Of a stretch of DNA of 64,000 nt, positions 30,852-41,146 are shown one piece after another; positions within the stretch are counted from its first letter, which is position 1; each line of letters begins with the position of its first letter. Location: NCBI GenBank assembly GCA_965238005.1, contig OZ250165.1:320001-384000 (forward strand). The letters run 5' to 3'. The DNA is from Longimicrobiales bacterium (GTDB lineage: Bacteria; Gemmatimonadota; Gemmatimonadetes; Longimicrobiales; Gaopeijiaceae). The translations under genes were made by a program, and so were the position numbers. Under the pieces are notes generated by a model that was given only the letters and a program-made list of their open reading frames with translations, searched no databases and was not told the DNA's origin.

Positions 30852-31427
30852 CGCGGGTTCGTCAGGCGGCGCCCCGGGCCGCCGCACCTCCTCGCGCTGG
30901 GCCTCCCTCATCGCGCGTATCTATGATGTCCTGCCGCTCGTCTGCCCGGGGCACCGCGCGAAGCGTGGTCGTGGTGCTTCGATGAGCATCATCGCCTTCA
31001 TTACGGATCCCGTTCCCGTTCGCTCCATTCTGTCCTATCTCGATCTCCCCACCCGATCCCCTCCACTGTCTCCCGCTCGGGCCCCGCGGGCACCACGCAA
31101 AGCGTGGTCGGGCATCTTCGAGTTCGATCAGACCGGCGGGTTCGACCCCGCCGATCCGGAACCCATTCCCGACCACGCTTCGCGCGCTGCCCTCCAGTTC
31201 GATCAGTCGCTACCCGACTGAGTGCACCCCTAAATGACTTTATCCCTCTGGTTTGAGGGTCCACCCCGCTCCATCCACCGCTGCCCATCCACGCATGCGC
31301 TCGTCTCGTCCTTGCATGGCCGGACGGCGAGCGTTCACCTTAGCCTGGGTCAGTTTTGCAAGGGGAGGGTCTCGCCCCGCTCAAGCAGGGTACCGCACTC
31401 GGAAAGGGTCCTTAGAATCCCTATCCT
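30852..31427 (+). mobile_element. IS91/ISCR-like remnant: transposase C-terminus plus ori-type end
   Basis: WASLIARIYDVLPLVCP..MSIIAFITDP..PPLSPARAP..FDQSLPD; end AGGGTCCTTAGAATCCCTATCCT. Confidence 0.8.
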
Positions 31428-31488
31428 TTATCCTTTCAGCCTGGTGGACCCGGACGGCTTCAAAATGACGATCTCTTCGGAAGGTTGA
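31428..31488 (+). pseudogene. VOC/glyoxalase C-terminal stub
   Basis: FSLVDPDGFKMTISSEG* begins at the element end. Confidence 0.55.
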
Positions 31489-31783
31489 GCGGGAAGCCTT
31501 CTGAACGTCCGAGATCGCGGAGCTGGGCGGAGGGATGTAGCCGTAGCCGGGTGCCGTGCGGGACACCGCCGACCTCAACTCTGCCTACCAGCCAGCCGAT
31601 ACGGGGACTATCTTTGTGCGGCTTTCTATGTTTACTGGAGAATTGCGAAAACCGGGGGGCTGCCCGGCGGGCTTGCTAGGGCCCGCGTCACGCGGGGGGG
31701 GGCGATTGTTCTCTTGAGCCATCCCGAGATTCGACCAGTTTCTGGGAGTTTGGGGTCCCGCTTGGGGTCCCAAAGCCCCTTTT

Positions 31784-32105
31784 CTATGGGCGGCCCCCTG
31801 GCCCTCCCACGCTGGCGGGCGAGGCGAGGCCGACGCGGTTCAAAGCGTCTGCGAAGCGTGGATCCTCGCGGATAGGATCCAACCTGGGGTCAACCTTCAA
31901 GAGCGGGAGACACCCCGCTCGATCCTCGAACGCTCGGTTGAGCCACTCGAAGGCGGCGTCCGGTTCGCCTAAAGTGACATGGGCGCCCGCGATTTCGTAC
32001 TTGCACATGTAAAGCCGCTCGGAAATCTCCTTCACCTTGGAGAGGAGCGCCCTGGCGTCGGACTCCCTGCCGGCCTCGGCAAGAGCCCATGCGAACCACG
32101 CCCCA
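31784..32105 (-). pseudogene. TPR-tail fragment typical of kinase/TolB-like signalling proteins
   Basis: LGEPDAAFEWLNRAFEDR..LKVDPRLDPIREDPRF. Confidence 0.7.
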
Positions 32106-32271
32106 CACCGCAGACCGCGAGCCAGGCGTAGAATCGCTTCCTTACGCAGCGGAGCCGGTGGGACTCGAGCCCACAAGCCGTTAGGACACCGGTTTTCGAA
32201 ACGGGTGAGCGCGTGCCCTGCGTTCGCCGAAGCCCCTGCAAGAGGTTTCGCTGATCGTTAGAAAATCTACT

Positions 32272-32658
32272 ATGGGAATCGTCGACTATTTTGAGCCAGA
32301 GCCGGACCTTGAATGCCCTCGATGTGGGCGGGTCTTGAGCGGATGGCAAGGGAAAGAAGCGGAAAACGCGCTATTTGTATGGAGACAAGGCGTTCGTCAC
32401 CCCACGACGCAACGTGTAGATGAAGATTGTCGTCTTCCGGAGGAAGAATTGACTCGATTTACGTTGCCGGAAGAGTTTACGATGGTGACACACTGCACCT
32501 GTAGCACGGAATTCCTATTAGACGCGGTGGGGACATCTATTGATGGCTTGTGGTCTCAGTCAACGCTGATGAAGCCGGATGAAATCGAAGAGATGTATAA
32601 GAATTGGCCTCGTGGTCGGCGTAAGGCTCTGCGCCAATGGTTGCTGGATAGGGTTTAG
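32272..32658 (+). CDS. Hypothetical protein (CxxC), lower GC
   Basis: Clean ORF, first of three closely spaced genes. Confidence 0.7.
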   Translation: MGIVDYFEPEPDLECPRCGRVLSGWQGKEAENALFVWRQGVRHPTTQRVDEDCRLPEEELTRFTLPEEFTMVTHCTCSTEFLLDAVGTSIDGLWSQSTLMKPDEIEEMYKNWPRGRRKALRQWLLDRV

Positions 32659-32678
32659 CAAGTTGTAAGACATCACAG

Positions 32679-33122
32679 ATGAAGTATTTCAGAAACCCCA
32701 AGCAAGCTGTTGATGCGATCAGCACTATGCTGTCGTCAGAAGCTTGGGAGAAGCTCAGCCGCTACTACGATCTTAGTGATACTGATATCGATCCGGCGAG
32801 CCTGATTTCCGGAGAATTCTTTGTCCGCAAAGAAAGACCTGAGGTGGCGCATCCCGCAGAGTTCTGGAGAATCAAGGAACCTTTTTCTCCGCAGTATGCC
32901 TACCAGTCGCACTACCATCGTTCAGATGAAATAGTCGACGTAACCGTACATATCGAAATTGATGAGGGGATGGGCATGATCCGGCGAGGCCTGCAAAGCT
33001 TCCAGCTTCGGAAATCCCCCGATGGCTATCAACTGTTGCCAAGCTCAGTTGCTCCACCGCCTCCTGATGAACCGCCGGAGTACGTTCAGCCGAGCGTGAA
33101 GCCGATTTGGGAGAAGGAATGA
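32679..33122 (+). CDS. Hypothetical protein
   Basis: Clean ORF, lower GC. Confidence 0.65.
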   Translation: MKYFRNPKQAVDAISTMLSSEAWEKLSRYYDLSDTDIDPASLISGEFFVRKERPEVAHPAEFWRIKEPFSPQYAYQSHYHRSDEIVDVTVHIEIDEGMGMIRRGLQSFQLRKSPDGYQLLPSSVAPPPPDEPPEYVQPSVKPIWEKE

Positions 33123-33436
33123 TCTGGATCGGGCTGGGCGTTGTCGCCGCCGGGTTGCTCTTTTGGCTTTGGACGATCGTGTCGTTCCTGGCCAATCCGG
33201 GTTACGGCGGCTTCGACATGTCGAGCGCTTCTGCGTTCGACCTTCAATGGAGCAAGGGAGCCGCCCTGGTGGCGATTGGCGTCGGCGTGACGACATCCTC
33301 GTGGCCCATCGGCGTCGCGTCTGGACTGGTAGCCTTCTTCTCCACGATGCTGGTAAAGCCGGTGATCCAGAGGCGGGTCCGGCACCAGATGTCCCGACCA
33401 ACCGAAGCTGAAACCCCGAGCGAGAAAAACCGATGA
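33119..33436 (+). CDS. Small membrane protein
   Basis: ATGA overlap with the previous gene; 2-3 hydrophobic helices. Confidence 0.6.
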   Translation: MIWIGLGVVAAGLLFWLWTIVSFLANPGYGGFDMSSASAFDLQWSKGAALVAIGVGVTTSSWPIGVASGLVAFFSTMLVKPVIQRRVRHQMSRPTEAETPSEKNR

Positions 33437-33488
33437 CGTCGGGGATCAGGCGGGAATGACAGACGTAACGCAGCTCTCGTCGCAGCTC

Positions 33489-34796
33489 CTACCGTGGTTC
33501 GAGCCTGTGAAGCTGCCCGTGACTCGCGACAAGGAGCTTGCCGTCCGATGTCAGGATCGGCGCGGTGGTCAGCGTGACGCCTTCGATGGTGGCCAGAATC
33601 CTGGCCGCGACCTCGCCGTCCTTCATCTCGTAGCTCGTGACCCGCGAGCCAGTGGTCACGAGAAGCTTGCCGTCGGCGGTGACGGCCGCGCCACCGATTT
33701 CGCCGCTCAGCTCGACTTCCCACGCGAAACGGCCCTCGGCGTCGAGGGCTCGAATCACCTGCTGCGAGACCAGGTACGGGCGGTGATCGTAACCGACGAC
33801 CGGCGGCATGACGAGGAGACCGTCGGCCCGCGACCATGGCAGGGTAGCGAGGCGTTCGCCCTGGGGTGAAAGCAGCCAATAGGCGAACTCGCCGTCGGGT
33901 TCGCTTACGAACAAGTGGATCCGTCCGGCCAGATCCACGCTGAGTTGCTCGGGGCGAGTGAACTCGGAGGTGATGACCGATGTCAGGTTCAGGTCGGCGT
34001 CGGCGAAGGCCACGGCGCCGGAAACGGCGATCACGAAACCGCCAGGCCGCTGAACGACCAAGAAGGAGCGCGAGTTGTGGGACAGGACCTGGAACTGGTC
34101 GTTCGTCCGGAGGATCCCGACGTCGTCGACCTTGGGTGGATCGCCGAAGGACCACACCTCCAATCCGCTGAACTCTCTCGGCTGCCCGCCGTGCGGGTCG
34201 AGCCGAGCTTCGATTCCTGCGGCGGCGAAATTTCCGTTCGGAAGGACCGACAGGTGCGTTCGGTCGAGATCGGAGAAGGTCAGCGTCGTCACGAAGGCGT
34301 CGCTGCCGTCGCGCATGTGGCGCGCGACGAACATGCTCGGGTTCCGACCCTCCTGGTAGAAGACCTCACCGTCGGGGTGGAGGAGGATGTCGCTCACAAG
34401 CGTCTGGCCGCCGGCAACGTGTGCGCCGTCTTTGGCGGCCACCACCTCCCACCATGTCTCCAGCTGGAGCAGAACCCGGTCGCCGGCTCGCTGGATGCTC
34501 ACCGGTGAGGCGTCCACCTCGAGCTGGCGGCTCCAGGCCACCTTCCAGACGTCGCCGGCGGGGAGCGACTGGGCCAGGTGTGACGTGTGTCCGGGACTCA
34601 ACCAGCGGCCGGAGACCACGCCGGTGGGGCTGGGCGTCGCGGCGGGCGGCGCCGGGGCCTGACCGGAGGCCATGGGTAACGTCGACACCGGGATCGGCAC
34701 ATTGAGGTCCATCCTGAAGAACTGCGGGATACTGTCCCCCCGAACCGTCTGAGAAACCACAGCCACGAGCGTGGCGAGGATGAATGTGTCGATCAT
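33489..34796 (-). CDS. Secreted beta-propeller (PQQ-like) protein
   Basis: Signal-like N-terminus; beta-rich repeats such as ALDAEGRFAWE and AVTADGKLLV. Confidence 0.65.
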   Translation of the reverse strand: MIDTFILATLVAVVSQTVRGDSIPQFFRMDLNVPIPVSTLPMASGQAPAPPAATPSPTGVVSGRWLSPGHTSHLAQSLPAGDVWKVAWSRQLEVDASPVSIQRAGDRVLLQLETWWEVVAAKDGAHVAGGQTLVSDILLHPDGEVFYQEGRNPSMFVARHMRDGSDAFVTTLTFSDLDRTHLSVLPNGNFAAAGIEARLDPHGGQPREFSGLEVWSFGDPPKVDDVGILRTNDQFQVLSHNSRSFLVVQRPGGFVIAVSGAVAFADADLNLTSVITSEFTRPEQLSVDLAGRIHLFVSEPDGEFAYWLLSPQGERLATLPWSRADGLLVMPPVVGYDHRPYLVSQQVIRALDAEGRFAWEVELSGEIGGAAVTADGKLLVTTGSRVTSYEMKDGEVAARILATIEGVTLTTAPILTSDGKLLVASHGQLHRLEPR

Positions 34797-34830
34797 TCCG
34801 GTTCCGATACCGAACAGGTTATAGATAAGG

Positions 34831-36282
34831 ATGGGGCGAGGTTGGGCGGAGAGGCAAGGCGGAAAGGTGCTGTGGCTGCCCGAGTGCCCGCTTGTTCATC
34901 GGGCGCCGGCAAAGGCTCCCTGCTTGCCGGGTCCGGGACCGTTCCCTCACGTTATCTCGATCCCGCAAGGAGCCTTTGTTTTTCCTTCCTATCTCAGTGG
35001 CGGCACCACCATCGACCCTAAGACTCCCCCTCTCCGCCCGACCTCCACCGCCGGGTCCATTGGCGAGATCAATCTGACCCTCTGGCCGGCGATATTCGGC
35101 GTTACCGGCCATGCACTGGGGAGCCTATTCGGCCTCGGCTGGGTCGGGGCCATTGTCGGCCTCGTGCTCGGTGTGGCCACCGGCATAGCGATGATGCCCG
35201 ATCCCACCCACGGCGTCCTGGCGCTATTCGTTTTCGTACCGGGCATGATCCTCGCGCCGATGCCGATGAAGCTATGGCTCATGGCCACCGTCTGCCTTAG
35301 CGCGTGGGCACGGTTGATCCCTACGGCAGTGGCCGGGCGCACGCGAGCGAAGGCGACCCGGCAGCGCAGCGAGGAGACCGCAGCGTGCGCGTCCGTGGAC
35401 GACCTCGTGCGCTATCTGGGCGACGACGATCAAAAGGTTTTCGAGGCCGCCTGCAACCGGCTCTATGCCCTGGGTCTGCCCCACGACGAGATCGCCGGGG
35501 TCATCCTGGCGCACGCCAGAACGCTGGACCGCTCGGGCTCAAGCGACCGAGAAAGATGCTGTTGGCTTCACGACTTGGTGACACCGCTAACCGAGGCGGG
35601 TACGGACGCACGCGACGCTCTGCTCGAGTTGTACGCCAACCTCGGTTGGCTGCGGGACGCGGTCGGTCGGTACGGCGCGGACCACGAGAATGCGGACCTC
35701 CTGGTCGAGGGGGTGCTCTTCGACCGGCTGCGCTGGGAGGACGACGCCCCCCTATTGCAGGTGACCGAACGGCGCCTGTCCCATGGGTGGAGCGTGGACG
35801 CCATGGTCGACCGGCTGCTCGACTCGGACCGCGAGGCGGGCCTGGCCTTGGCCGAGCGGGCCTTCCTGGCCGGATCGCTGTCACACGATCGGTTGGACAC
35901 GCTGGGCGACGAACGTGCCGGCGCTGTCGTCCGGAAGGCCGTCGGCCTCGGCTCTGATGGGGACGAGGAAGGGAACGGACCACGCTGGGACGACATCATC
36001 GACGGTGCGCTCTCGCGACCTACGAGCCTGGCGTTCTCGCTCATGGCAGCCGTGCTACGGACCGAGGACGACTCCTACTACATTGATGTCCGCGTCGAGC
36101 AGGACCTTATCAGGGCCGACGAGAGCCACCTCTTGCATCGGCACGAGGCGCCCGATGAGGCCGCCGACCTGCTGGACGCGGCTCGGTCACGGACCGCCTG
36201 GCTCCGGGAGCACCCCGACGTGATAGGTCAATCCTACAAGATCGGCGTGATGCGCGAGTTGGAAGAAGCACTGAGTGTGTGA
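34831..36282 (+). CDS. Hypothetical membrane protein with helical-repeat C-terminus (start uncertain)
   Basis: Long ORF; hydrophobic block then HEAT-like LVRYLGDDD. Confidence 0.55.
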   Translation: MGRGWAERQGGKVLWLPECPLVHRAPAKAPCLPGPGPFPHVISIPQGAFVFPSYLSGGTTIDPKTPPLRPTSTAGSIGEINLTLWPAIFGVTGHALGSLFGLGWVGAIVGLVLGVATGIAMMPDPTHGVLALFVFVPGMILAPMPMKLWLMATVCLSAWARLIPTAVAGRTRAKATRQRSEETAACASVDDLVRYLGDDDQKVFEAACNRLYALGLPHDEIAGVILAHARTLDRSGSSDRERCCWLHDLVTPLTEAGTDARDALLELYANLGWLRDAVGRYGADHENADLLVEGVLFDRLRWEDDAPLLQVTERRLSHGWSVDAMVDRLLDSDREAGLALAERAFLAGSLSHDRLDTLGDERAGAVVRKAVGLGSDGDEEGNGPRWDDIIDGALSRPTSLAFSLMAAVLRTEDDSYYIDVRVEQDLIRADESHLLHRHEAPDEAADLLDAARSRTAWLREHPDVIGQSYKIGVMRELEEALSV

Positions 36283-36305
36283 TTATGGACTAGTTCTGCA
36301 TCGTC

Positions 36306-36602
36306 CTATCCCTTCGGTATCTCACGCTGGATGAACCGAAACTCCTCGATGCCTCCCTGGGGATCGAAGCGGACGAGCTGCGATTGAAGAGCATCGGAAA
36401 TCTGGTGCTTTGTTTCCCTGTAGCTGATGTACATATAGCGAGGTCGCCGGTCGTGCGGGGTGCCTTCGATGTGGAATCCCCAGCGGTCGGCTCGTGGGAT
36501 CATGTGCACGATCTCTTGCACGTAGGCGATCGCATCGTCCTCCGTCAGGATCCGCAGGTCGAGCTGATCCTCAGGGGCCGCTGGTGTTTCCGCGGTCGCC
36601 AC
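36306..36602 (-). CDS. Hypothetical protein
   Basis: ORF with natural-looking composition. Confidence 0.45.
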   Translation of the reverse strand: MATAETPAAPEDQLDLRILTEDDAIAYVQEIVHMIPRADRWGFHIEGTPHDRRPRYMYISYRETKHQISDALQSQLVRFDPQGGIEEFRFIQREIPKG

Positions 36603-36614
36603 CGTATGACCGAT

Positions 36615-36782
36615 CCGTTAACGGCCCCTCTAAGCCACGAGGACACTCCAGCCTACCCGGGATACCGAATATAGCCCGAAGACGCTCAGAACGTGTTTGC
36701 AGGCGTCTGACGGGCTTCTGCTTGCGCCTCCAGGCCTGTAGATAGGATGTTGACCTCGGTCTGATCCCGGAGTGCGCCCATG
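36615..36782 (+). repeat. Leader repeat A, copy 1
   Basis: CCGTTAACGGCCC..ATACCGAAT..CGCTCAGAACG..GCGTCTGAC..TTGCGC..GGATGTTGAC..GGAGTGCGCCC-ATG. Confidence 0.9.
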
Positions 36783-36941
36783 TCTGATCCCGTCTCCCGC
36801 CTGAATGCAGCCCTGGAGGGTCGCTACTCGATCGAGCGTGAGCTGGGTGAGGGCGGAATGGCCACGGTCTACCTGGCGGATAAACTATTTAGCTCAAGAA
36901 AGAAACCCAGCGCCAAGAGGGTGGATCTCACCGATGGGTGA
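36780..36941 (+). pseudogene. Hanks-type Ser/Thr kinase N-terminal stub
   Basis: MSDPVSRLNAALEGRYSIERELGEGGMATVYLAD, then an unrelated tail and stop. Confidence 0.88.
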
Positions 36942-37833
36942 CCAAAAAACGATCATCATCCGAAGATCGATGCTCGACGACCAGGGGCTCAACAAGAGTC
37001 ATGCCTCCCTGATCGTCCTAAAGGGTGCGGAAATCGGACGGGACTTTCGTCTGCGAAAAAGCAGTATGGTTATCGGGCGTAGCACTACAGCCGATATCTG
37101 TCTACCGGATGACACAGCATCGAGGGAGCATGCCCGCATCAACCATAAAAGCACGGGTAAGAACGACGATGCAACCTTTACCCTCACCGATCTGGGGAGT
37201 ACGAATCACACCTTCGTTAATTCAGAACAGGTGGAATCCGTCCAGCTTCGAGATGGAGACAAGATTCAAATCGGTGACTCTGTATTAAAATTCGTTGTCC
37301 TCGACAACATCGAAGCCAAATTCCACGCAGAAGTCCGCGATCTGATTTCCTACGATCAGCTCACAGGTCTATTGACCAAGGAGTCCCTCTACATGGCCTT
37401 TGAAAGAGAGCTGAAACGGTGCCTGCGCTACGGCCTTCCCCTTGGGGTTTTGATGATGGACCTGGATTTCTTCAAATCGGTAAACGACGGGCATGGCCAT
37501 CTGATGGGGAGCCATGTGCTGGCTGAAGTCGGGCGTCTAATCCGACAATCCTTCCGTATCTCCGATGTTTCCGCCCGCTACGGGGGAGAGGAGTTCCTCA
37601 GTTACTTGGCAGAGACCGATACTACGGGGGCCGAACTCGTTGGAGAACGCATTCGAAGCGAAATCCAGGCCTTCCCCTTCATCCTGGATGAGGTAAGCAT
37701 TCACGTCACCATCAGCATCGGCATTGCTGTTGCCCCGAGGCACGGAGAGAATATTAAAACCCTCGTGGCTGCGGCAGATCAAGCACTCTATCGGGCAAAG
37801 GAAACCGGACGGAACCGGGTGTGCAGCGCATAA
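36934..37833 (+). CDS. FHA-domain diguanylate cyclase
   Basis: IGRS..ASREHA..DLGSTNHTFVN (FHA); DLDFFKSVND..GH, RYGGEEF, KETGRNR. Confidence 0.92.
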   Translation: MGDQKTIIIRRSMLDDQGLNKSHASLIVLKGAEIGRDFRLRKSSMVIGRSTTADICLPDDTASREHARINHKSTGKNDDATFTLTDLGSTNHTFVNSEQVESVQLRDGDKIQIGDSVLKFVVLDNIEAKFHAEVRDLISYDQLTGLLTKESLYMAFERELKRCLRYGLPLGVLMMDLDFFKSVNDGHGHLMGSHVLAEVGRLIRQSFRISDVSARYGGEEFLSYLAETDTTGAELVGERIRSEIQAFPFILDEVSIHVTISIGIAVAPRHGENIKTLVAAADQALYRAKETGRNRVCSA

Positions 37834-38059
37834 CTGCCGCAGCGCAGGTAGTCCTCTCGCCCCATGGCCTCGAAGGAGATTCAGCATAACGTCACGGGTG
37901 ATTCGCCTCCCGGCATGAGACCCACGAAGGGCAGAAGAAGGCCGGGCTCCCACACCGGTGCCTACGGGGCCCGCGCCCTTCGCTTGCGGTCGGCATCTTA
38001 GGCGCGCAGGAGGATCGCAGATCCTTTTGGCGTCTTCTTCACGTCACGCGGGTGTGGGT

Positions 38060-38653
38060 ATGGATCGGTCAGCTCAAGATCCGCTGGTGTTAGAGAACCG
38101 GCACACCGGAGAGCGACTCGAATTGCGTAGAATCGCTCAGGACGGTGAGACGTGGCTGGAATTGAAGGGCTCGCTACCACCGCATCGGGATGGCCCACCC
38201 CTGCACGTCCACCATGACGAGCATGAGGGCGGTCGCGTCCTATCCGGCACGCTCTCTGCCATGGTGGACGGCCGAAAGATCGAGGTAAGGGCAGGAGAGG
38301 CAGCAAGCTTCCCGCGGGGCTGCGCGCACCGATGGTGGAACGACGGTAGCGAGACGCTTGTCTTTGAGGGGTTCGCCCGGCCTGTGGTCGATCTAGATCG
38401 CTACCTCCAGGCCGCATTTGAAGTGATCAACGCCGGTCCTCCCGATCGTCCACCACTGTTCTACATCACCCACGTTGCCTGGCGGCACAGACGGACCCAG
38501 GCACCCCTGGTCATGCCGCGCCCGATTCAGGCAGTGTTATTTCCGATCGTCGTTCTCGTGGGCTCGCTCCTGGGGCGGTATCGGGGCACCGAGTGGCCTG
38601 GCTGCCCGACCCGGTGTGGGGGAGCGCCCGTCGTGTCGGCGGAAGATGCGTAA
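38060..38653 (+). CDS. Cupin-domain protein
   Basis: PPLHVHHDEHE..FPRGCAHRWWN. Confidence 0.85.
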   Translation: MDRSAQDPLVLENRHTGERLELRRIAQDGETWLELKGSLPPHRDGPPLHVHHDEHEGGRVLSGTLSAMVDGRKIEVRAGEAASFPRGCAHRWWNDGSETLVFEGFARPVVDLDRYLQAAFEVINAGPPDRPPLFYITHVAWRHRRTQAPLVMPRPIQAVLFPIVVLVGSLLGRYRGTEWPGCPTRCGGAPVVSAEDA

Positions 38654-38691
38654 CGCCATCAGGTCCCCGGAATTCTGAGCGCACATGTCTC

Positions 38692-38836
38692 CGTGATCAT
38701 CGTGTCGGCGATCTTCGCGCTGGGGCTGCCGTTGGTGCTGCTGTAGTCGCGTCCAAGATCAGCACAAGCGTCTGACACGGTTTTGCTTGCGCCTACCGGA
38801 CCGCACATTAGGAATTCTTGACCTCGGTCTGGTCTT
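38692..38836 (+). repeat. Leader repeat A, internally deleted copy with upstream gene tail
   Basis: Encodes VIIVSAIFALGLPLVLL* like 55785-55850, then jumps to CAAGCGTCTGAC..TTGACCTCGGTCTG. Confidence 0.8.
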
Positions 38837-39039
38837 GGCCGGTCTTTTCCTGTAGGTGCAGAAGGCGGCTGTGATTATAGAAAATGGCCCCGGTGCTAAT
38901 TAAAATGCGGTTGCCCCACGAGCGGGCCGCGTTTCCACGCTCGCGACCAACCTCAGAGCCATTAACCCCTCCATATCAGGGTTTTTCTCCATAGCGCCGA
39001 TTTGTTAGGCGCCGTATGATGAGGCCCGGAGTTGAAGGT

Positions 39040-39195
39040 ATGGCACGCACGAACCAGTCCCCTCTCTTCTTCACTCGTGGCACCGAGCGGCGTACAGTTC
39101 TGCTGGACCGTCAAGCCGACCTAGACAACTTGACTGACGAGCAGCTCGAGGCACTGTTGGATCGTGCTCTGAGGGTGCACGAAAGCGATGGGTAA
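39040..39195 (+). CDS. 51-aa hypothetical protein
   Basis: GAAGG RBS; ..DLDNLTDEQLEALLDRA; follows a GTTAGGC site. Confidence 0.45.
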   Translation: MARTNQSPLFFTRGTERRTVLLDRQADLDNLTDEQLEALLDRALRVHESDG

Positions 39196-39249
39196 CGCCG
39201 GCAACCGCCCAAAGGGCAGGGCCTACGTCACCCGCCGCATCTGGCCCGG

Positions 39250-39765
39250 GCCCCGGGAGCCTGGAGCCGCAGCATCACGCGCGTGCTGTCCTCGACGAGG
39301 TTGCGATAGGCTCGAGTCAGCTCCTTGAGGTCGGCTCGGCCGTGTGCGCCGTGGTAGACCGCTCGCACACCGCCACACCGTAACAGCTCTGACAGCTCGT
39401 CGGCATCGACCTGGTCCCCCTTGTTGCCTGATCGCTTTTCGCCTCTGCGGTCGCACACGATCACCCGGTCCACACGAGGACTCAAGAGGTCGTAGAGCCA
39501 CTGAGCCTGGTTTCCCTCTTCGAACACTACGTGCACCGACCCCCGCATCGCGGTGAACAACTCCGTGATCGACTCGTCTCCCGTCTCGATCACGCTGCGC
39601 GCGATCACACGTCCCCCTTGGCCCCGAACCGTCGCCACCGTCCATTGCCTGGTGCACGTCGAGTCCCACATACTTGGTGTTCCGCATCATGAGAGCCGCC
39701 CTCTGCTGTGGTCCGTGGTTGTTTCGCAACTCCACCGTACCCACAGGGGGCGTGCTTTCAAGTTG
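39250..39765 (-). mobile_element. IS110/IS1111-family remnant (left end and frameshifted RuvC-like N-terminus)
   Basis: KYVGLDVHQ, VVFEEG, KGDQVDADELSELL. Confidence 0.8.
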
Positions 39766-39833
39766 TGTTAGGAATCGCGCTTGCAGGACTGTGAGACTTT
39801 CTGACCGGAACCAGCACACCAGAAGGGAAAGGG

Positions 39834-40478
39834 ATGGGCCAAATGCAGGAGAGAATCCCTTGGGCTATAGGGTTTTGGAGAGAACCGGACATTCCTGACC
39901 ACCGCTTTCGCCATCCCATTGCGTTCGTGGACTGCGAATGGGACCTCGCAGAGCGCCGTCTCGTCGCCCACCACCTCCGCTCCGCGAAGCGGGCCGACAG
40001 CTGCCTGGGCTACTCCTGGTGCCGGTTTCATTGCGGAGTTGACGACGCCGAGATGGGGGACTCGGACTTCTCTGATGGTCTGTGGCTTTGGCCTGAAGGT
40101 CTGGCACACTACGTGCTCGAGCACGCGGTTCGTCTTCCTGAGGAGTTTCTTCGTCACGTCAGGCATGAGGCCCAACACCCTGGTCGGAAATACAAGTTGC
40201 TTGGGACTGACCAGAAGTTCTGCGACTACGACTTCTGGGTTGCTTGGTGTAACGAGCACGCCAATCCGGAGTCTGGTTTCAGAGAGCTCGAGGAGTCCGA
40301 GAGGAAGGCGTTTCTTCAGCTTGAGGAGTCCGAGAGGAAGGCGGTTCCTCAGCGGAACCGCGAGCTGCTTGTTACCCTCCGTCAGAAACTCCTCGAGGGA
40401 GGCTTCACTGAGGCCGAGGCGTCCGCCCGAGTGCAGGAAGTAGAGGAACGCCTAAGGGCGACTCGTGGCGATTTCTAA
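39834..40478 (+). CDS. Hypothetical protein, immunity-protein-like
   Basis: GYSWCRFHCG..WLWPEGLAHYV.EH.V.LPEEF; 33-bp tandem duplication near the C-terminus. Confidence 0.7.
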   Translation: MGQMQERIPWAIGFWREPDIPDHRFRHPIAFVDCEWDLAERRLVAHHLRSAKRADSCLGYSWCRFHCGVDDAEMGDSDFSDGLWLWPEGLAHYVLEHAVRLPEEFLRHVRHEAQHPGRKYKLLGTDQKFCDYDFWVAWCNEHANPESGFRELEESERKAFLQLEESERKAVPQRNRELLVTLRQKLLEGGFTEAEASARVQEVEERLRATRGDF

Positions 40479-40596
40479 ACGAACGCCTGCTGCTGGCACG
40501 TGTGGCTCGCGATTCGGGTCACCATGCCCCGCGAAGCCACCGAACAGAGCGAGGGCTGCTGACGCGGGAAGCGTCTGGCTCGTCAGACTAGCAGAG

Positions 40597-40762
40597 CCGT
40601 TAACGGCCCTCCACGCCACGAGAACCCTCCATCCTACCCTACATACCGAATAAACCCCGAAGACGCTCAGAACGCCTCTACACGCGTCTGACACGGTTCT
40701 GCTTGCGCCCACTGAACCACTCTCGGATGTTGACCTCGGTCTGACCCCGGAGTGCGCCCGTG
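40597..40762 (+). repeat. Leader repeat A, copy 3
   Basis: Aligns with 36615-36782 and ends GGAGTGCGCCC-GTG. Confidence 0.9.
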
Positions 40763-40849
40763 AGATGTCATGAAGTCGCGTTCGTCAGGTGCCGGGATGG
40801 TGTGTCCGATGCGGCAAGCGTGTCCCGCGGGGACTTCGCAAGGTGGCCG

Positions 40850-41019
40850 AAGGCCTCAAGGCTGCCTGGTACGAGCGATTTCTCCAGAACGAAGAGGTCA
40901 TCCGGGACCTTGTGAACCGGGAGACGTTCAGGGCATGGCAGATCTATCTGGCCGGGGGCTCGGGAGCATTCACGAGCAAACTCGCGCACGTGTATCGCCT
41001 CCACTGCGAGGCGGTCTGA
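40850..41019 (+). pseudogene. Cyclopropane-fatty-acid synthase-like C-terminal stub
   Basis: WYERF..ETFRAWQIYLAG..AF. Confidence 0.6.
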
Positions 41020-41146
41020 GCGATTCACACGCCGGCTCAGGCGCCGGACGCGGCTTCGAGAGCGTGCCGCCCGATGTCTACCAGAACGGGTGGAGGCATG
41101 GCGCCGGACAGCGTGGAGAGACCGACCACATTTGCCCCGCCCCCGG

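Noticed and set aside
31749..31772. TTGGGGTCCC direct repeat as an attachment site
   Set aside because: Only two copies, with no adjacent integrase or core site to support it.
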